Shown piece by piece: positions 29,811 to 39,362 of a stretch of DNA of 64,000 bases (positions within the stretch are counted from its first letter, which is position 1; each line of letters opens with the position of its first letter). Both the position numbers and the translations under genes were made by a program. Origin of the DNA: Pelagomonas calceolata (lineage: Eukaryota); assembly GCA_918797485.1 (NCBI GenBank), contig CAKKNE010000005.1:744001-808000 (forward strand). The letters run 5' to 3'. The notes under the pieces are model-generated. The model saw only the letters and a program-made list of their open reading frames with translations. It made no database searches and had not been told where the DNA came from.

Positions 29811-31328
29811 TTACACGGAGCCGTGCGACGCCATCACGTTCGCCACGCGCAGGAAGGACGCGATCGCCGCGCCCGCGTCCAAATCCCCGCGGACGTTGTA
29901 CTCCGACGCCGTTCTTTGCACTTCTTGGAAGACCCTGGCCGCTTCTTTATCAATTTCATCACTAATATCGGCCTTGATGATCTGGTGCTCCTTGGACGTG
30001 TAGGCTAAGGCATTTCCAATGGCTAATGTAGCCCTAAAAGGACAGTGCGCCACGCCCAGCTTCTTCAGAGATGCGATGGCCTCGGGGGTCGTCGGAGAGT
30101 AGCCAGCGTCCACTATGGTACTACACCCATTATTGGCGAGCTTCTCCGCCGCTTGCGCATCGATCTCGTTTGAATTGGTCGGGAATACTAAATCACAAGG
30201 GACGTCAAATATGTCCTCGGGGTCGTTGTACTTCGCCGTGGTAGACGCGACGATGTACCTCCCGATCCGAGCGCCTCGCTCCGCCTTGATCGTACTGATC
30301 TGGGCTAACTTGGCCGAGGGTAACCCTCCCTCCTCATAAATGAAGCCGGACGTATCCGACAGCGTCAAAGGTATGGCGCCTTCGGCTACTAGTTTATCGG
30401 CCACCGCCAGGGCGACTTTGCCACTCCCGGTCACTAAACATCTTTTGCCTCGCAGCGAGTCGCCCCGAGCCTCCAGAAAGCTCTTCGCGAACGAAACCGG
30501 ACCGTAGCCGTGCACTTCGGGGTGGGGCACGCTCCCGCCCCACAACATGCCAAAGCCATGCTTCGATAAATTAGTAGCCGTCCTCTTATATTGACCGTAC
30601 ATGTAGCCGATCTCGGTCGAGCCGCAGTTCACGCCCATGCTCGGTAAGTCTAGCCCAGGACCCACATATTTCTGTAACTCCGTCATGAACGACTGGCAGA
30701 AGCGCTGGATCTCCGCTTCGGACGCTAAAGCCGGTTCAAAATTGGCACCGCCCGCGGCACCGCCGAGTCTTCGCCCCGTCAAAGCGTTGGCGAAGGTCGC
30801 GTCGAAAGATTGAGCTCTCAGTAGATCTTCGGTGACGTGGCGCCCAAAATGCATGGGCCCGCCGAAGGGTCCCAACGATGAGCTGTGTTGGACGCGCCAG
30901 CCCCGGTTCGTCCGCGCGTTGCCCCAGTCGTCAATGTACGTGACCTTGAACGACACCGTCCGTTCCGGCTCCAGGAGGATCTTGGCCAACCAGGCGTATT
31001 TCGGGCTTCGATCAAAGACCGGCTGGAGGTGTCTCATGAAGTTCGTGAACTGCTCGAGGTACAAAGGTTTGTCCTTGTCCCTTCTCTCGGCCTCGTTGCT
31101 TAGTAATTTAACAGCATCAGAACCGGTTTTGAAGTAGAGCTCCTCGCCGTAGACGCGGAGGAGCGGCTTCTGGCGCCACCGCCGCGCGTTCACGCTCGTC
31201 TGGCTGCCGTGAACTCCGCCCCCGGGCGTCATGGACGCGAGGGAGCTGAGGTGGGCGGCCGGCGCGCGCGGGCTGCTGAGGTGGGCGGCCGGCGCGCGCG
31301 GCGCCCGGCGTAGAGTGGAGAGCAGCAT
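29811..31328 (-). CDS. NADP-type glutamate dehydrogenase homolog with mitochondrial-like presequence; catalytic residues substituted
   Basis: LEPERTVSFKV, NRGWRVQHSS, EIQRFCQSFMTEL, EIGYMYGQYKR and VTGSGKVA align with the GdhA family. Confidence 0.9.
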   Translation of the reverse strand: MLLSTLRRAPRAPAAHLSSPRAPAAHLSSLASMTPGGGVHGSQTSVNARRWRQKPLLRVYGEELYFKTGSDAVKLLSNEAERRDKDKPLYLEQFTNFMRHLQPVFDRSPKYAWLAKILLEPERTVSFKVTYIDDWGNARTNRGWRVQHSSSLGPFGGPMHFGRHVTEDLLRAQSFDATFANALTGRRLGGAAGGANFEPALASEAEIQRFCQSFMTELQKYVGPGLDLPSMGVNCGSTEIGYMYGQYKRTATNLSKHGFGMLWGGSVPHPEVHGYGPVSFAKSFLEARGDSLRGKRCLVTGSGKVALAVADKLVAEGAIPLTLSDTSGFIYEEGGLPSAKLAQISTIKAERGARIGRYIVASTTAKYNDPEDIFDVPCDLVFPTNSNEIDAQAAEKLANNGCSTIVDAGYSPTTPEAIASLKKLGVAHCPFRATLAIGNALAYTSKEHQIIKADISDEIDKEAARVFQEVQRTASEYNVRGDLDAGAAIASFLRVANVMASHGSV

Positions 31329-31600
31329 GCTTCTCCCTGGTGTCCTCCTCTGCGCAAGGCTGCTGGCTGCGGTTTCAGGCAGCGAGGCTCGACGCTACAG
31401 GAGACAAACGTCTCCTAGGTCTGGCAATCGACGGCGTTCCGCGCGCGACGAGATATTTATGAGCTATTTATGAGCTATTTTGGCGCAGGTCTGAGCCAAA
31501 TAGCTTGGCTCCTGCCGTCCGCCATCGATGGCTGCAGCCGTCCAATGCGACCGCCGAGGGGTCGCCTTGAGCCCTGGCCCCGGAAAGGGCGCCGAAACAG

Positions 31601-31622
31601 CTAGCGGACTGTAAGGCACTAG
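31601..31622 (-). promoter_or_regulatory. CTAG-box copy in divergent spacer
   Basis: + strand CTAGCGGACTGTAAGGCACTAG. Confidence 0.65.
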
Positions 31623-31799
31623 CAATCGAGCAAGCTGCGCTTGGTGCTCGGCACACGGCATAGCAGTGGCCTACCCGCACCGCACACCCATAGAAAGCAT
31701 CTGCACAGCACACGAGTCGAATTGGCTGTCACAAATCGCATCAATAATTGCGCCGCGCACGCTGCACACTGCACACTGCACACTGCACACTGCAAAGCA

Positions 31800-32426
31800 A
31801 TGCTGGGGCTCGCAATAGTCGCTGCGTGCTGCACGGGAAGCGCGGCCCTCGCCGCCGCCACCAGCAAGCCGTGGGTCGGCGGACAATCCGCCAGCAAGCC
31901 GCCGCGCGAGCTGCTCGGCCGCGGCGCGTACGCGCACTTCGAAACGATCCCGACGCGCTGGAACGACATGGATGCGCAGCAGCACGTGTGGTTCAGCGTC
32001 TCGATGCGTGCGATCGCGGCGATGGCGTTCCAGCCGACGCGACTCCGTCGAGACCCGCGCCATCGACGCGACGTTCTCTACGCACAGGTCAACAACGCCG
32101 TCTACCATTTTTATATGGACGACGCCGTCAACCTGCACCTCGCCCGCAGCGGTGTGTCAAATGACGTGAGGCGCTTCACGTCCGAGAACAGCTGCCGGTA
32201 CCTGCGGCAGCTCTCGTGGCCGACGCCCGTCGAAATAGGTATGAGGGTACGCCTCGGCCGCGCGAGCGCGGCGTACCAGCTCGGGCTCTTTGCCGAAAAT
32301 GATGAAGACGCGTCCGCGATCGGCACGTTCACGCACATCTACGTCGACGACCGGGGGAAGCCCTGCCGCATGGACGAGAGTGTGAGGACAGCGCTCGAGC
32401 CCCTCGTGCCCGACGACGGGCTGTAG
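31800..32426 (+). CDS. 4HBT/hotdog-fold acyl-CoA thioesterase; exons 31800-31985, 32088-32426
   Basis: Splicing restores the family motif RWNDMDAQQH|VNNAVY. Also LGRASAAY and THIYVD. Confidence 0.88.
   Translation: MLGLAIVAACCTGSAALAAATSKPWVGGQSASKPPRELLGRGAYAHFETIPTRWNDMDAQQHVWFSVSMRAIAAMAFQPTRLRRDPRHRRDVLYAQVNNAVYHFYMDDAVNLHLARSGVSNDVRRFTSENSCRYLRQLSWPTPVEIGMRVRLGRASAAYQLGLFAENDEDASAIGTFTHIYVDDRGKPCRMDESVRTALEPLVPDDGL
31986..32087 (+). other. GT-AG intron (102 nt, in frame, stop-free) with internal inverted motif pair
   Basis: GTGTGG...ACGCACAG; CGCGGCGATGGCG...CGCCATCGACGCG. Confidence 0.85.
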
Positions 32427-32444
32427 TAAGTAAACACACTGTTG

Positions 32445-33131
32445 TTACCGTCTCAACGTTGAGAACTGGCCCTTCTCGTACGCGCCGCGCCGCGGCGTGC
32501 GCCGCGCCTTGAGGTAGCCCGGCGCGGGCCGCCGGCGCCGCACGGGTTTCGGCTCCTCCTCCGGCTCGGAGTCGGCCGATTCGACGGCGCAGCAGTGGAA
32601 GCGGAGGCGCTGTGGGCTTCCAGGCAATGAGCGCGCGAGCGACGCGGCCGTCGGCCGCCGCGCGTGGGCCGGGTCGCGCGGCGGCCGCTCCGGGTCGGAC
32701 CAGGACACGACTTGCGTGCGGGCGTCGTACCAGTAGTGCGCCCGGGTCTCGGAATCGTAGTAGCGCCGCCACCGGTGCGCCGCGGGCGGCGAGGCGCACG
32801 CGTCGGAGGCGTCATCATCCGGCGGTGGCGATGGCGGCGCCGCGGCTTCGACCGGCGGCGGCGGCAGCGGCAGAGCGTCGGGCAGCGCGGTCGGCGGCGG
32901 CGGCGCCGTGGCCGCGACGGGCAGCGGCGCGTCGGGCAGCGCGACGGGCGGGGCCGGCGCCGCCGCCGCGGCCAAAGGCGCCGCCCGCGGCCGCAGCGCC
33001 GCCGCGATCATCTTCATTTCCCTTAGCTCCGCTCGCGCGAGCCGCAGCCGCTCGCGCGCGGCGATCAGGTCGGCGTCGACGGCGGCCTGCCGCGCCTCTA
33101 CCTCCGCGAGCGTCGTCGGCAGCGGTTCCAT
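32445..33131 (-). CDS. Coiled-coil, Pro-rich, WW-domain protein
   Basis: WRRYYDSETRAHYWYDARTQVVSWSDP is a WW domain. Confidence 0.75.
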   Translation of the reverse strand: MEPLPTTLAEVEARQAAVDADLIAARERLRLARAELREMKMIAAALRPRAAPLAAAAAPAPPVALPDAPLPVAATAPPPPTALPDALPLPPPPVEAAAPPSPPPDDDASDACASPPAAHRWRRYYDSETRAHYWYDARTQVVSWSDPERPPRDPAHARRPTAASLARSLPGSPQRLRFHCCAVESADSEPEEEPKPVRRRRPAPGYLKARRTPRRGAYEKGQFSTLRR

Positions 33132-33296
33132 TGATCGGTTCCGTTTCCAACAGTGACACCGGTTTTGATGCTGCCCTAGTCGAACGGCTGCCCCAGCCGC
33201 AAGGGGGCGTAACGTTAGAGCTCTGCGGCACAAATGGCCCGCGTGGACGGCTTGCGGCTGCCGCGCCGGGCCCGCGCACGGATCACTGATGCACTG

Positions 33297-33319
33297 CTAG
33301 TGCCTTTACCGGCCGCTAG
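33297..33319 (+). promoter_or_regulatory. CTAG-box copy
   Basis: CTAGTGCCTTTACCGGCCGCTAG. Confidence 0.6.
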
Positions 33320-33405
33320 CGAAACCTCACACCATTTGTGTCTGGGTTCTCGGGGGGCAGGGTGAAACAACACCCTATCGCCAATCCCAATAGACACGGT
33401 GGCGA

Positions 33406-33464
33406 AGCGTTCGGGGTCCGTACTACCTGGGGGTGGGTTCAATAAGTGGCTCTCTCTCTCTCTC
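33406..33464. repeat. Dispersed intergenic repeat C, copy 1
   Basis: AGCGTTCGGGGTCCGTACTACCTGGGGGTGGGTTCAATAAGTGG(CT)n; near-identical reverse complement at 62978-63041. Confidence 0.85.
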
Positions 33465-33525
33465 CGACGCGGAAATCGGGAATACTAGTAAGTGGACAAA
33501 AATCAGCTTACACCCCGGAGCATAC

Positions 33526-34311
33526 CTAGCGCGCGAGCGCGCTCAGCAGCGTGCAGTCGTGGCCGTAGCTCCCCGTCCAGCACGAGCACTCGCCCGTCTC
33601 CGTGTCGCACTTGCCCCGGTTCGCGCAGTCGACCTGGCACAGATTGCCCTTCTCGCCGACGCCGTAGCCGCCCGCCGCTGTGACTCCGGTGCAGTTCGTC
33701 TCGTCGACGTGCGTCGTGTAGGGATCGTCGCCCGAGGGGCAGTGGCGCAGCGAACACCAGGGCCCGAACCACTCCGGCTCCTGGCGCTGGCCCGGGCCGA
33801 GGCCGACGGGCCAGCTACTGTCGCAGACGCAGCCGTAGATGCGGTCCTGGTCCCAACGCTCTGTCGTCTCTAGTCCTGTATAAGTCGCAGGTTTGGATAA
33901 GGGTAAAGCATTGGGCATGGTGGCCATCTTCTTCATGCTGACGCATTGCCCATGTCCCGAACAGTCGTAGAGGCAGCCGAAGCGCTGGCACGCGTCACCT
34001 GAAAAGCCCGAGACACATTTGCAGGTCCCCGTCGCTTTATTACAAGTGCCCTTGCCCGAGCACTCCGCCGGGGCATGTGCGGTTTTCGAATCGGAAGCGA
34101 CGTCGGCCCAGGCCGGCCCGGACGGGCACGTCCTGCCACTGCAGTCGTGGAGTTTGTAGAGCGCGACGTCGGTCTTCGCGCCCCAGCCCTCGTAGCAGTC
34201 GCACGTGTCGGTCGCCGGCTCGCAGTGGCCGTGGCCATTACAAAAATTCATGTCGATGCAGTCTCCTGCTCGTGTGGGGCGGAGGAGGAGGAGGACGAGG
34301 GAGGCCCTCAT
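33526..34311 (-). CDS. Secreted tenascin-type EGF-repeat protein, stramenopile mastigoneme (Sig/Ocm)-like
   Basis: Signal peptide; CNGHGHC, CPSGPAWAD..AHAPAECSGKGTC, WDQDRIYGCVCD, CPSGDDP and CANRGKCD. Confidence 0.8.
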   Translation of the reverse strand: MRASLVLLLLRPTRAGDCIDMNFCNGHGHCEPATDTCDCYEGWGAKTDVALYKLHDCSGRTCPSGPAWADVASDSKTAHAPAECSGKGTCNKATGTCKCVSGFSGDACQRFGCLYDCSGHGQCVSMKKMATMPNALPLSKPATYTGLETTERWDQDRIYGCVCDSSWPVGLGPGQRQEPEWFGPWCSLRHCPSGDDPYTTHVDETNCTGVTAAGGYGVGEKGNLCQVDCANRGKCDTETGECSCWTGSYGHDCTLLSALAR

Positions 34312-34420
34312 GGTTCGGTATGTTGGGGTCCAAGGGCGCGGCGGAGCGGCTATGGGGGCGTAGAGTGCTGGTGCCCTCTTCTTAGGGCACGGGGCAGCCT
34401 GGCGCTGCTCAAAAGACTCA

Positions 34421-34509
34421 CTTAGTACGTCGCGCAGCGCAGCGGTCCAGCCTAGCCTAGCCTCAGCTTAACCGACGGCTTAGTACGTCGCGCAGCGCAG
34501 CGGTCCAGC
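34421..34509. repeat. Perfect 31-bp direct repeat pair with 27-bp spacer
   Basis: CTTAGTACGTCGCGCAGCGCAGCGGTCCAGC at 34421-34451 and 34479-34509. Confidence 0.9.
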
Positions 34510-34523
34510 GGATAAATTGCTCG

Positions 34524-34543
34524 CTAGTGTCTTACACCGCTAG
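34524..34543 (+). promoter_or_regulatory. CTAG-box copy in divergent spacer
   Basis: CTAGTGTCTTACACCGCTAG. Confidence 0.65.
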
Positions 34544-34661
34544 CTAATTAACCTGTCGCAGAGCCGCGGCCGTCTGAGGCTTGACAGCTGCGATTGGGAC
34601 GCACAGATCGCTGGGAGAGCGGCGCAGCGCTGCCGTATATCTCGGACGCACGAGTTGATCG

Positions 34662-35411
34662 ATGGCGAAGACAGTGCTGGACAAGGTGTGAGGCAGTGTC
34701 CTGTGAGTGGCAGCCAGGGACGTCGCATCGATGGCGTGGGGGTGCGCACAACCCCTTTCGCCATCGATGCAAGCGGAGGATTGCCGCACGAAGAGTTACG
34801 CCATCGATGCGACGCGTTGCCCGAGGACGCGCCGTGTGCAGGTCATCGTCGCGATCCGAGCAGTTCAGGATCACAAAGGTGCATCGCGCCAGGCCATCGT
34901 CAAGTATCTCAAGTCAGAGTTCCAGTGCGAGAATGGAGTCGCCATCAAGAAGGCTTTGAAATCAGACAAATTGATCCAGACGGGCCAGAGCTTCCGAGTG
35001 AAGGGCGATGCACCCATCGCGCCGCCGGCCGACGAAGTAGTCGGAACGGAAGACGTTACTGTTGGAGACGGCGCGGTCGCGCAGAAAGGCGACGAGGTCT
35101 CCATGTCCTACGTCGGCACGCTCGAGGCGGACGGCTCGCGCTTCGACGCCGGCACGAACTTCCGCTTCACGCTCGGCGCCGGTCCTTTCCGGAGCAGGAA
35201 TCTCACGTTCGTCGTAGGCGCCCACGGGTCGAATTCACGCACAGGCGACGTCATCAAGGGCTGGGACCGGGGCATAATCGGCATGCGCGTCGGCGGCCGC
35301 CGCAAGCTCGTCGTGCCCAGCAAATTGGGCTACGGCAAGAAAGGCAGCGCCCCCGAGATACCTCCGAACGCGACACTCCTCTTCGACGTCACGCTCGAGC
35401 GCATACTGTAA
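34662..35411 (+). CDS. Linker-histone H15 globular domain fused to FKBP-type PPIase; exons 34662-34685, 34842-35181, 35245-35411
   Basis: MAKTVLDK|VIVAIRAVQDHKGASRQAIVKYLK...GQSFRV (H15); YVGTLEADGSRFD..FTLGAG|DVIKGWDRGIIGMRVGGRRKLVVP...IPPNATLLFDV (FKBP). Confidence 0.85.
34686..34841 (+). other. GT-AG intron (156 nt) with three copies of the introner internal motif
   Basis: AAG|GTGTGA...TGCAG|GTC; contains CGTCGCATCGATGGCGTGGGG and two CGCCATCGATGC. Confidence 0.75.
35182..35244 (+). other. GT-AG intron (63 nt, in frame, stop-free)
   Basis: A 21-aa insert interrupts the FKBP motif LGAG-VIKGW; ends ACGCACAG. Confidence 0.85.
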
Positions 35412-35421
35412 CAACTTAAAA

Positions 35422-36978
35422 TCACAACACTTCCCAGTCCCCCTCCGCCGCGTACCACGCGCGGTACGACATGAAGAACGCATGAAACCGCCCTTCGAGC
35501 GCCAGGTCCCGGCACCAGCAGACGTCGTAGCCGCCCTCGCATTTTACAGAACCCGGGCACGGCTCCTCTATATAAGGCAGCACGTTCTGCAAATAGGCGC
35601 GCGCCTCGGCCTTTGACCCCCGCGTGCCGAAGCGCGCGACGTCAAAAGCGTCGAAGGCGTAGTCCGCTCTCAAGTGCGCGAGGCGCAGCTTCGACGCTCG
35701 GATGCCGCGCGAACCTTGTGGAGGTACTATCAGAGTGTGGTCCCAGACGTAGGCCGCATTTTCATTAACCACGAGCTTGTTTCTAGATGGAACGGCCTTG
35801 CCGGCGCACGTTCTTTGGTTAGACGAGGGGCACCGTCCGTAGAACACGTGCGGCACCGCGACAGCGGCGCCTGTTTTCTGGTGCTTCAACACCTCTCCGA
35901 CGGTCGTCGCGTTTTCTGGTAGTAGCATCTCATCAATATCAAGAAATGCGATCCATTTCACAACCTCGCGGAGCCTATATAATCCACTGTTCTGGGCCGC
36001 GTACTGGGACGGCCTTCCAAAAAAGTCTGTCAGCCCGATGCCTCCCCTTTGCCCCGCCTCGATCTTCACGTGGGGGCCTTTGCAGGCGTCCGTGCCCCAC
36101 GGGACTAGTAAGGCGGCGTTCGCTTCGACGAAAGGTTTGATAGCCGGCCACAATTTACTATGGTGCGGATCGGCCCAGGTCGCCCCGCTCTCGAACACGA
36201 GAAAGTAGCGCACGCCCACACTCCAGTGCCAGGCCAGCCACCTTCGTAGGACGCGGTCCGTGTTGTCAAAAACCATGCCCGTCCTATCAGTATATGGCGA
36301 CGCCGAGGTCCAAGCGACAAGAGCGACGTCGACCTTTGGTATTTTTGGTGTGTGGCAGACGCGCACCGCCTCATGGTTCCGTCCGGTGTCCTCAATCGAA
36401 ACTTCTGGAGAACAACCAAGGTGCTTAGGTATAGAACAGCGGAAGACGAGCGTGCTCTTCTTGGCGTGGAAGGCGTCGTCGCTCGACGCTTTTACTGAAG
36501 TCCCGTCGGCGAAGGTGCACCTTATATTTTTCGTCGCGCCGCCCAACGCCTCGAAGACGCGCCTTTTCTCCTTCTCGACCTTCGGCGCCTCGTTGGCGTC
36601 AAAGGCGTGGACGGCGCAGACCTTGCACCCTCCTTCAGGAGCGCGGGCCGTGTCGAGCCACGATTGGATATTACCGTCCGGCACCACACTCGCTACGAGG
36701 GCGGTCATCTCGGCGCAGCCGCGCTCGTACTGCGCCACGAAGGTCGCCACCTCACAGTCCGTCGTGAAGGCGTCGTGCAGGCGCCACGGCAGCTGAGGTG
36801 ACTGCGGGAACGCGCGGGGGCCGCGGCATTCGTCGGTGGTCGGCGCCGGCCGGCGCCGCAGGCGGTGCGCGCCGTCGGCCTCCGGGTCGACGTGATGTCT
36901 GTTCGCGACTATCATGAACAATGCGACGACGGCCGCGCCGACCAAGACGGCGCCGCCGCCTTGCTTCTTGCGTGCCAT
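35422..36978 (-). CDS. Type II membrane glycosyltransferase, GT92/DUF23-like
   Basis: N-terminal TM; WLAWHWSVGVRYFLVF, QYAAQNSGL and WIAFLDIDEMLLP (DxD). Confidence 0.75.
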   Translation of the reverse strand: MARKKQGGGAVLVGAAVVALFMIVANRHHVDPEADGAHRLRRRPAPTTDECRGPRAFPQSPQLPWRLHDAFTTDCEVATFVAQYERGCAEMTALVASVVPDGNIQSWLDTARAPEGGCKVCAVHAFDANEAPKVEKEKRRVFEALGGATKNIRCTFADGTSVKASSDDAFHAKKSTLVFRCSIPKHLGCSPEVSIEDTGRNHEAVRVCHTPKIPKVDVALVAWTSASPYTDRTGMVFDNTDRVLRRWLAWHWSVGVRYFLVFESGATWADPHHSKLWPAIKPFVEANAALLVPWGTDACKGPHVKIEAGQRGGIGLTDFFGRPSQYAAQNSGLYRLREVVKWIAFLDIDEMLLPENATTVGEVLKHQKTGAAVAVPHVFYGRCPSSNQRTCAGKAVPSRNKLVVNENAAYVWDHTLIVPPQGSRGIRASKLRLAHLRADYAFDAFDVARFGTRGSKAEARAYLQNVLPYIEEPCPGSVKCEGGYDVCWCRDLALEGRFHAFFMSYRAWYAAEGDWEVL

Positions 36979-37128
36979 TGCTTATAGGTTCATGCCTCGC
37001 ATCGGGGCAGCCTCCACGCCCTAGACGGGTCGTGTGCGTGCTAAAAAGGTCCAAAGGCAGCCTGTGCGGCACGCATTCGCGTCGTTTGGGCGCGCCTAGC
37101 CTAGCCTCAGCTGCGCCGAGCGTGCTTG

Positions 37129-37150
37129 CTAGTGTCTTACCGCACACTAG
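37129..37150 (+). promoter_or_regulatory. CTAG-box copy in divergent spacer
   Basis: GCTTG-CTAGTGTCTTACCGCACACTAG. Confidence 0.65.
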
Positions 37151-37322
37151 CCCCCAGCTTGGCCGAGCGGCCAAAAAGCCAATTTTGCGGCGCGCAGAGG
37201 CTGGGAAACAGGCATTCATCGTGTAATACATCACACGTGTCACCTGTAACTTCACGCGAAGCTTCCGCCTGAGACAGGCCACTGTGCTCTCCCAGACACA
37301 CAAAAGTGCTGAGCCAAACCAA

Positions 37323-38576
37323 ATGCGTCGAGGCACTGGCTTCTCGCCGCCGCCCCGCGGTCCGCCGCGGGGCAAGAAGAGCGGCTTCTCGCGGGACGCA
37401 AGGTCCCCGGCCGCCAAGGCCCTCGGTAAACCCAAGCGGCAGAGCAAGTTCTCCGACGGGCCGGCGCCGAAGCGGCCGCGCGACGACCATGACGACGCCG
37501 CAGCGCGCGCCAAGGCGACGCTGCGCGACCTGCAGGCGAAGCTGCGCGCGCCGAGCGCGCCCCGCCACGGCGCGGTCATGGCGGCACCCGCGCCGGCACC
37601 CACACCGGCACCAGCGGAAGCGGCTCGGCAGGCGCCCGAAGCGCCGCGAAGCCGGCCGCTCTCCGCCGCCGAGGCCGCGCGGCGCGCGCGCGAGTCGCTG
37701 GAACGCACCGTCGCCGACGCGGCCTTGGACGCCGCCGTCGCCGACGCGCTCGCGGACGCCGAGGCGCCCGCGGAGCCGACGGAGGCGGAGCTGCTCTGGG
37801 CGCCGCTGACCGACGAAAGCGCCACCGGTGAAGAAGACTGGCGCGCGCTGGCGCCCGACGGCGCGTCGCCCGAGTTGCTCGCCGCCCTGGAGGCCGCGAA
37901 CGAGTTGAAAGCGGCAGCTAGGAGGATGGGCGCCCCGCAGAGCCGCCAGAAGGTCCTCGCGAGCCTGGCGACGCTGAAGCGGCTCGCGCCTGAACTGGTA
38001 GAGACGGACCTCGATAGGGACTTGGGCCTGCGCGACGTTTTGATGGAGCTGAAGATCTCGTCGGACCGGATCGTGTCCGGCGCGGCGCGGGGGCTGCGCG
38101 CGGCGTGGAAGGACCGAGCTCCTCCGAAGGACGAGCCCGTCGCGGCGCCGCCGAAGCCCGCGCCAGCACCACCGCCGCCTCCGCCGATGCCGCTCCCGGC
38201 GGACACGGACGTGGCGCGGCTCCAGCGCCGCGTCGCGGCGCTCGAGGCGGAGCTAGGGGAGGCGCGGCAGGCCCTGGCCACGGAGCGCCGCGACGGCGAG
38301 GCAGCGCGACAGAAGCTACGCCAGTCTTTTAACGACGCCCGAAAAAAGTGGGCCAGAGACGAGGCGGAGCTGAAGGCCCAGCGCGACGCCGCGAAGCAGA
38401 AGGCGCTGACGGCGACGGACCGAGCGAAGAGGGCTCTTGAGCTCGATCGCGCCGCCTTACTTAACGAGCCGCGCGTCTGCGACCGGTGCCGGCGGCCCGT
38501 CGCGGCGCCCAACCCCCAGCGTGGCGGTGCGCGCGTCGCGAAGAAGGCCTCTGACCGGTTTACGACGCGGCGATGA
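37323..38576 (+). CDS. Hypothetical coiled-coil protein, possible TFIIS-N-like helical region
   Basis: Long GC3-rich ORF; LMELK..SDRIVSGAARGLRAAWK loosely resembles the end of TFIIS-N. Confidence 0.6.
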   Translation: MRRGTGFSPPPRGPPRGKKSGFSRDARSPAAKALGKPKRQSKFSDGPAPKRPRDDHDDAAARAKATLRDLQAKLRAPSAPRHGAVMAAPAPAPTPAPAEAARQAPEAPRSRPLSAAEAARRARESLERTVADAALDAAVADALADAEAPAEPTEAELLWAPLTDESATGEEDWRALAPDGASPELLAALEAANELKAAARRMGAPQSRQKVLASLATLKRLAPELVETDLDRDLGLRDVLMELKISSDRIVSGAARGLRAAWKDRAPPKDEPVAAPPKPAPAPPPPPPMPLPADTDVARLQRRVAALEAELGEARQALATERRDGEAARQKLRQSFNDARKKWARDEAELKAQRDAAKQKALTATDRAKRALELDRAALLNEPRVCDRCRRPVAAPNPQRGGARVAKKASDRFTTRR

Positions 38577-39118
38577 CTATTTTGTGACTTGAACCTAATG
38601 TGACAATATATATCTAGTATAACTACTTTCCCCGTCCCACTTCGTCGGCGATAGCGGCTGCGACTTCGCGGGGTGACAAATTCTTTCGGTGGTGGGGCCG
38701 CGCCGCTGCTACCGCTCGCGCCCGCGCCCTCGCGCGTTCGGGGTCGCGATGTTTCCGCGGCGCGCCCGCGGGATGATGGTGTCTCAACGGCCCCCGCGGT
38801 CCGGGCCCGCGCCGGCGTTTCGGTATAGGTTGCGGTGGCACGGTCCGCGTCCCGTCGAGATTCCACCAGCCCTCGTAGCAGTGGCCGTGGTGGTGAATCA
38901 CGCCCCGGTTCGCTGTTCCCGTGCGTATGTCGCCGATGATCCGGCACGCTCCGGCCGCGAGGAGGCGTCGCATTTTGCCTGTAACTTTTATTTTGACGAG
39001 ATTTAGGCCCGCGAAGCGTGCCGACGCGTTTGCACTGTGATGAATCTCGATATCCCTGGCCGCGACTCGCCTACCTCCCGCGGCCGACGCTTTTTTGCGT
39101 ACCTGTCAATAGTGTAGG

Positions 39119-39139
39119 CTAGCGGTGTGTAAGCACTAG
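39119..39139 (-). promoter_or_regulatory. CTAG-box copy
   Basis: + strand CTAGCGGTGTGTAAGCACTAG followed by CAAGC. Confidence 0.6.
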
Positions 39140-39362
39140 CAAGCTCAGCAATTTTCCACTCGCACAGATTTTGGCTGCATTGATCGGCTGTGGAGTGCGC
39201 CAGAGCTCATAGATCTGCGCAGACGCACCTTCTTCTGCTCCTCATCGCTGGCAGCACTTCGCACAGCGCGCCCATCTGCTGTGAGAGCCTCCCAAGCACA
39301 TTTCCTTCTCCCGGCGGCCCGAGACGCCCAGCGCGTCCGGAGAAGCCCAGCGCTCGCGAGCC

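Noticed and set aside
33420..33435. GTACTACCTGG resembles the U1 snRNA 5' end (ATACTTACCTGG)
   Set aside because: Mismatch in the essential pairing region, and no U1 stem-loops or Sm site follow.
34421..34509. CRISPR-like geometry (31-bp repeats, 27-bp spacer)
   Set aside because: Only two repeats, no cas genes, eukaryotic context, and the spacer motif recurs in another promoter region.
36752..38947. 731-aa minus-strand ORF, and similar Arg/Ala/Pro-rich overlapping ORFs throughout (e.g. 59273-60826, 18360-19547)
   Set aside because: GC-rich antisense or off-frame shadows of better-supported genes.
38623..38973. 116-aa minus-strand ORF (MRRLLAAG...)
   Set aside because: No domain evidence; cannot be distinguished from chance, though a nearby CTAG-box means it is not excluded.
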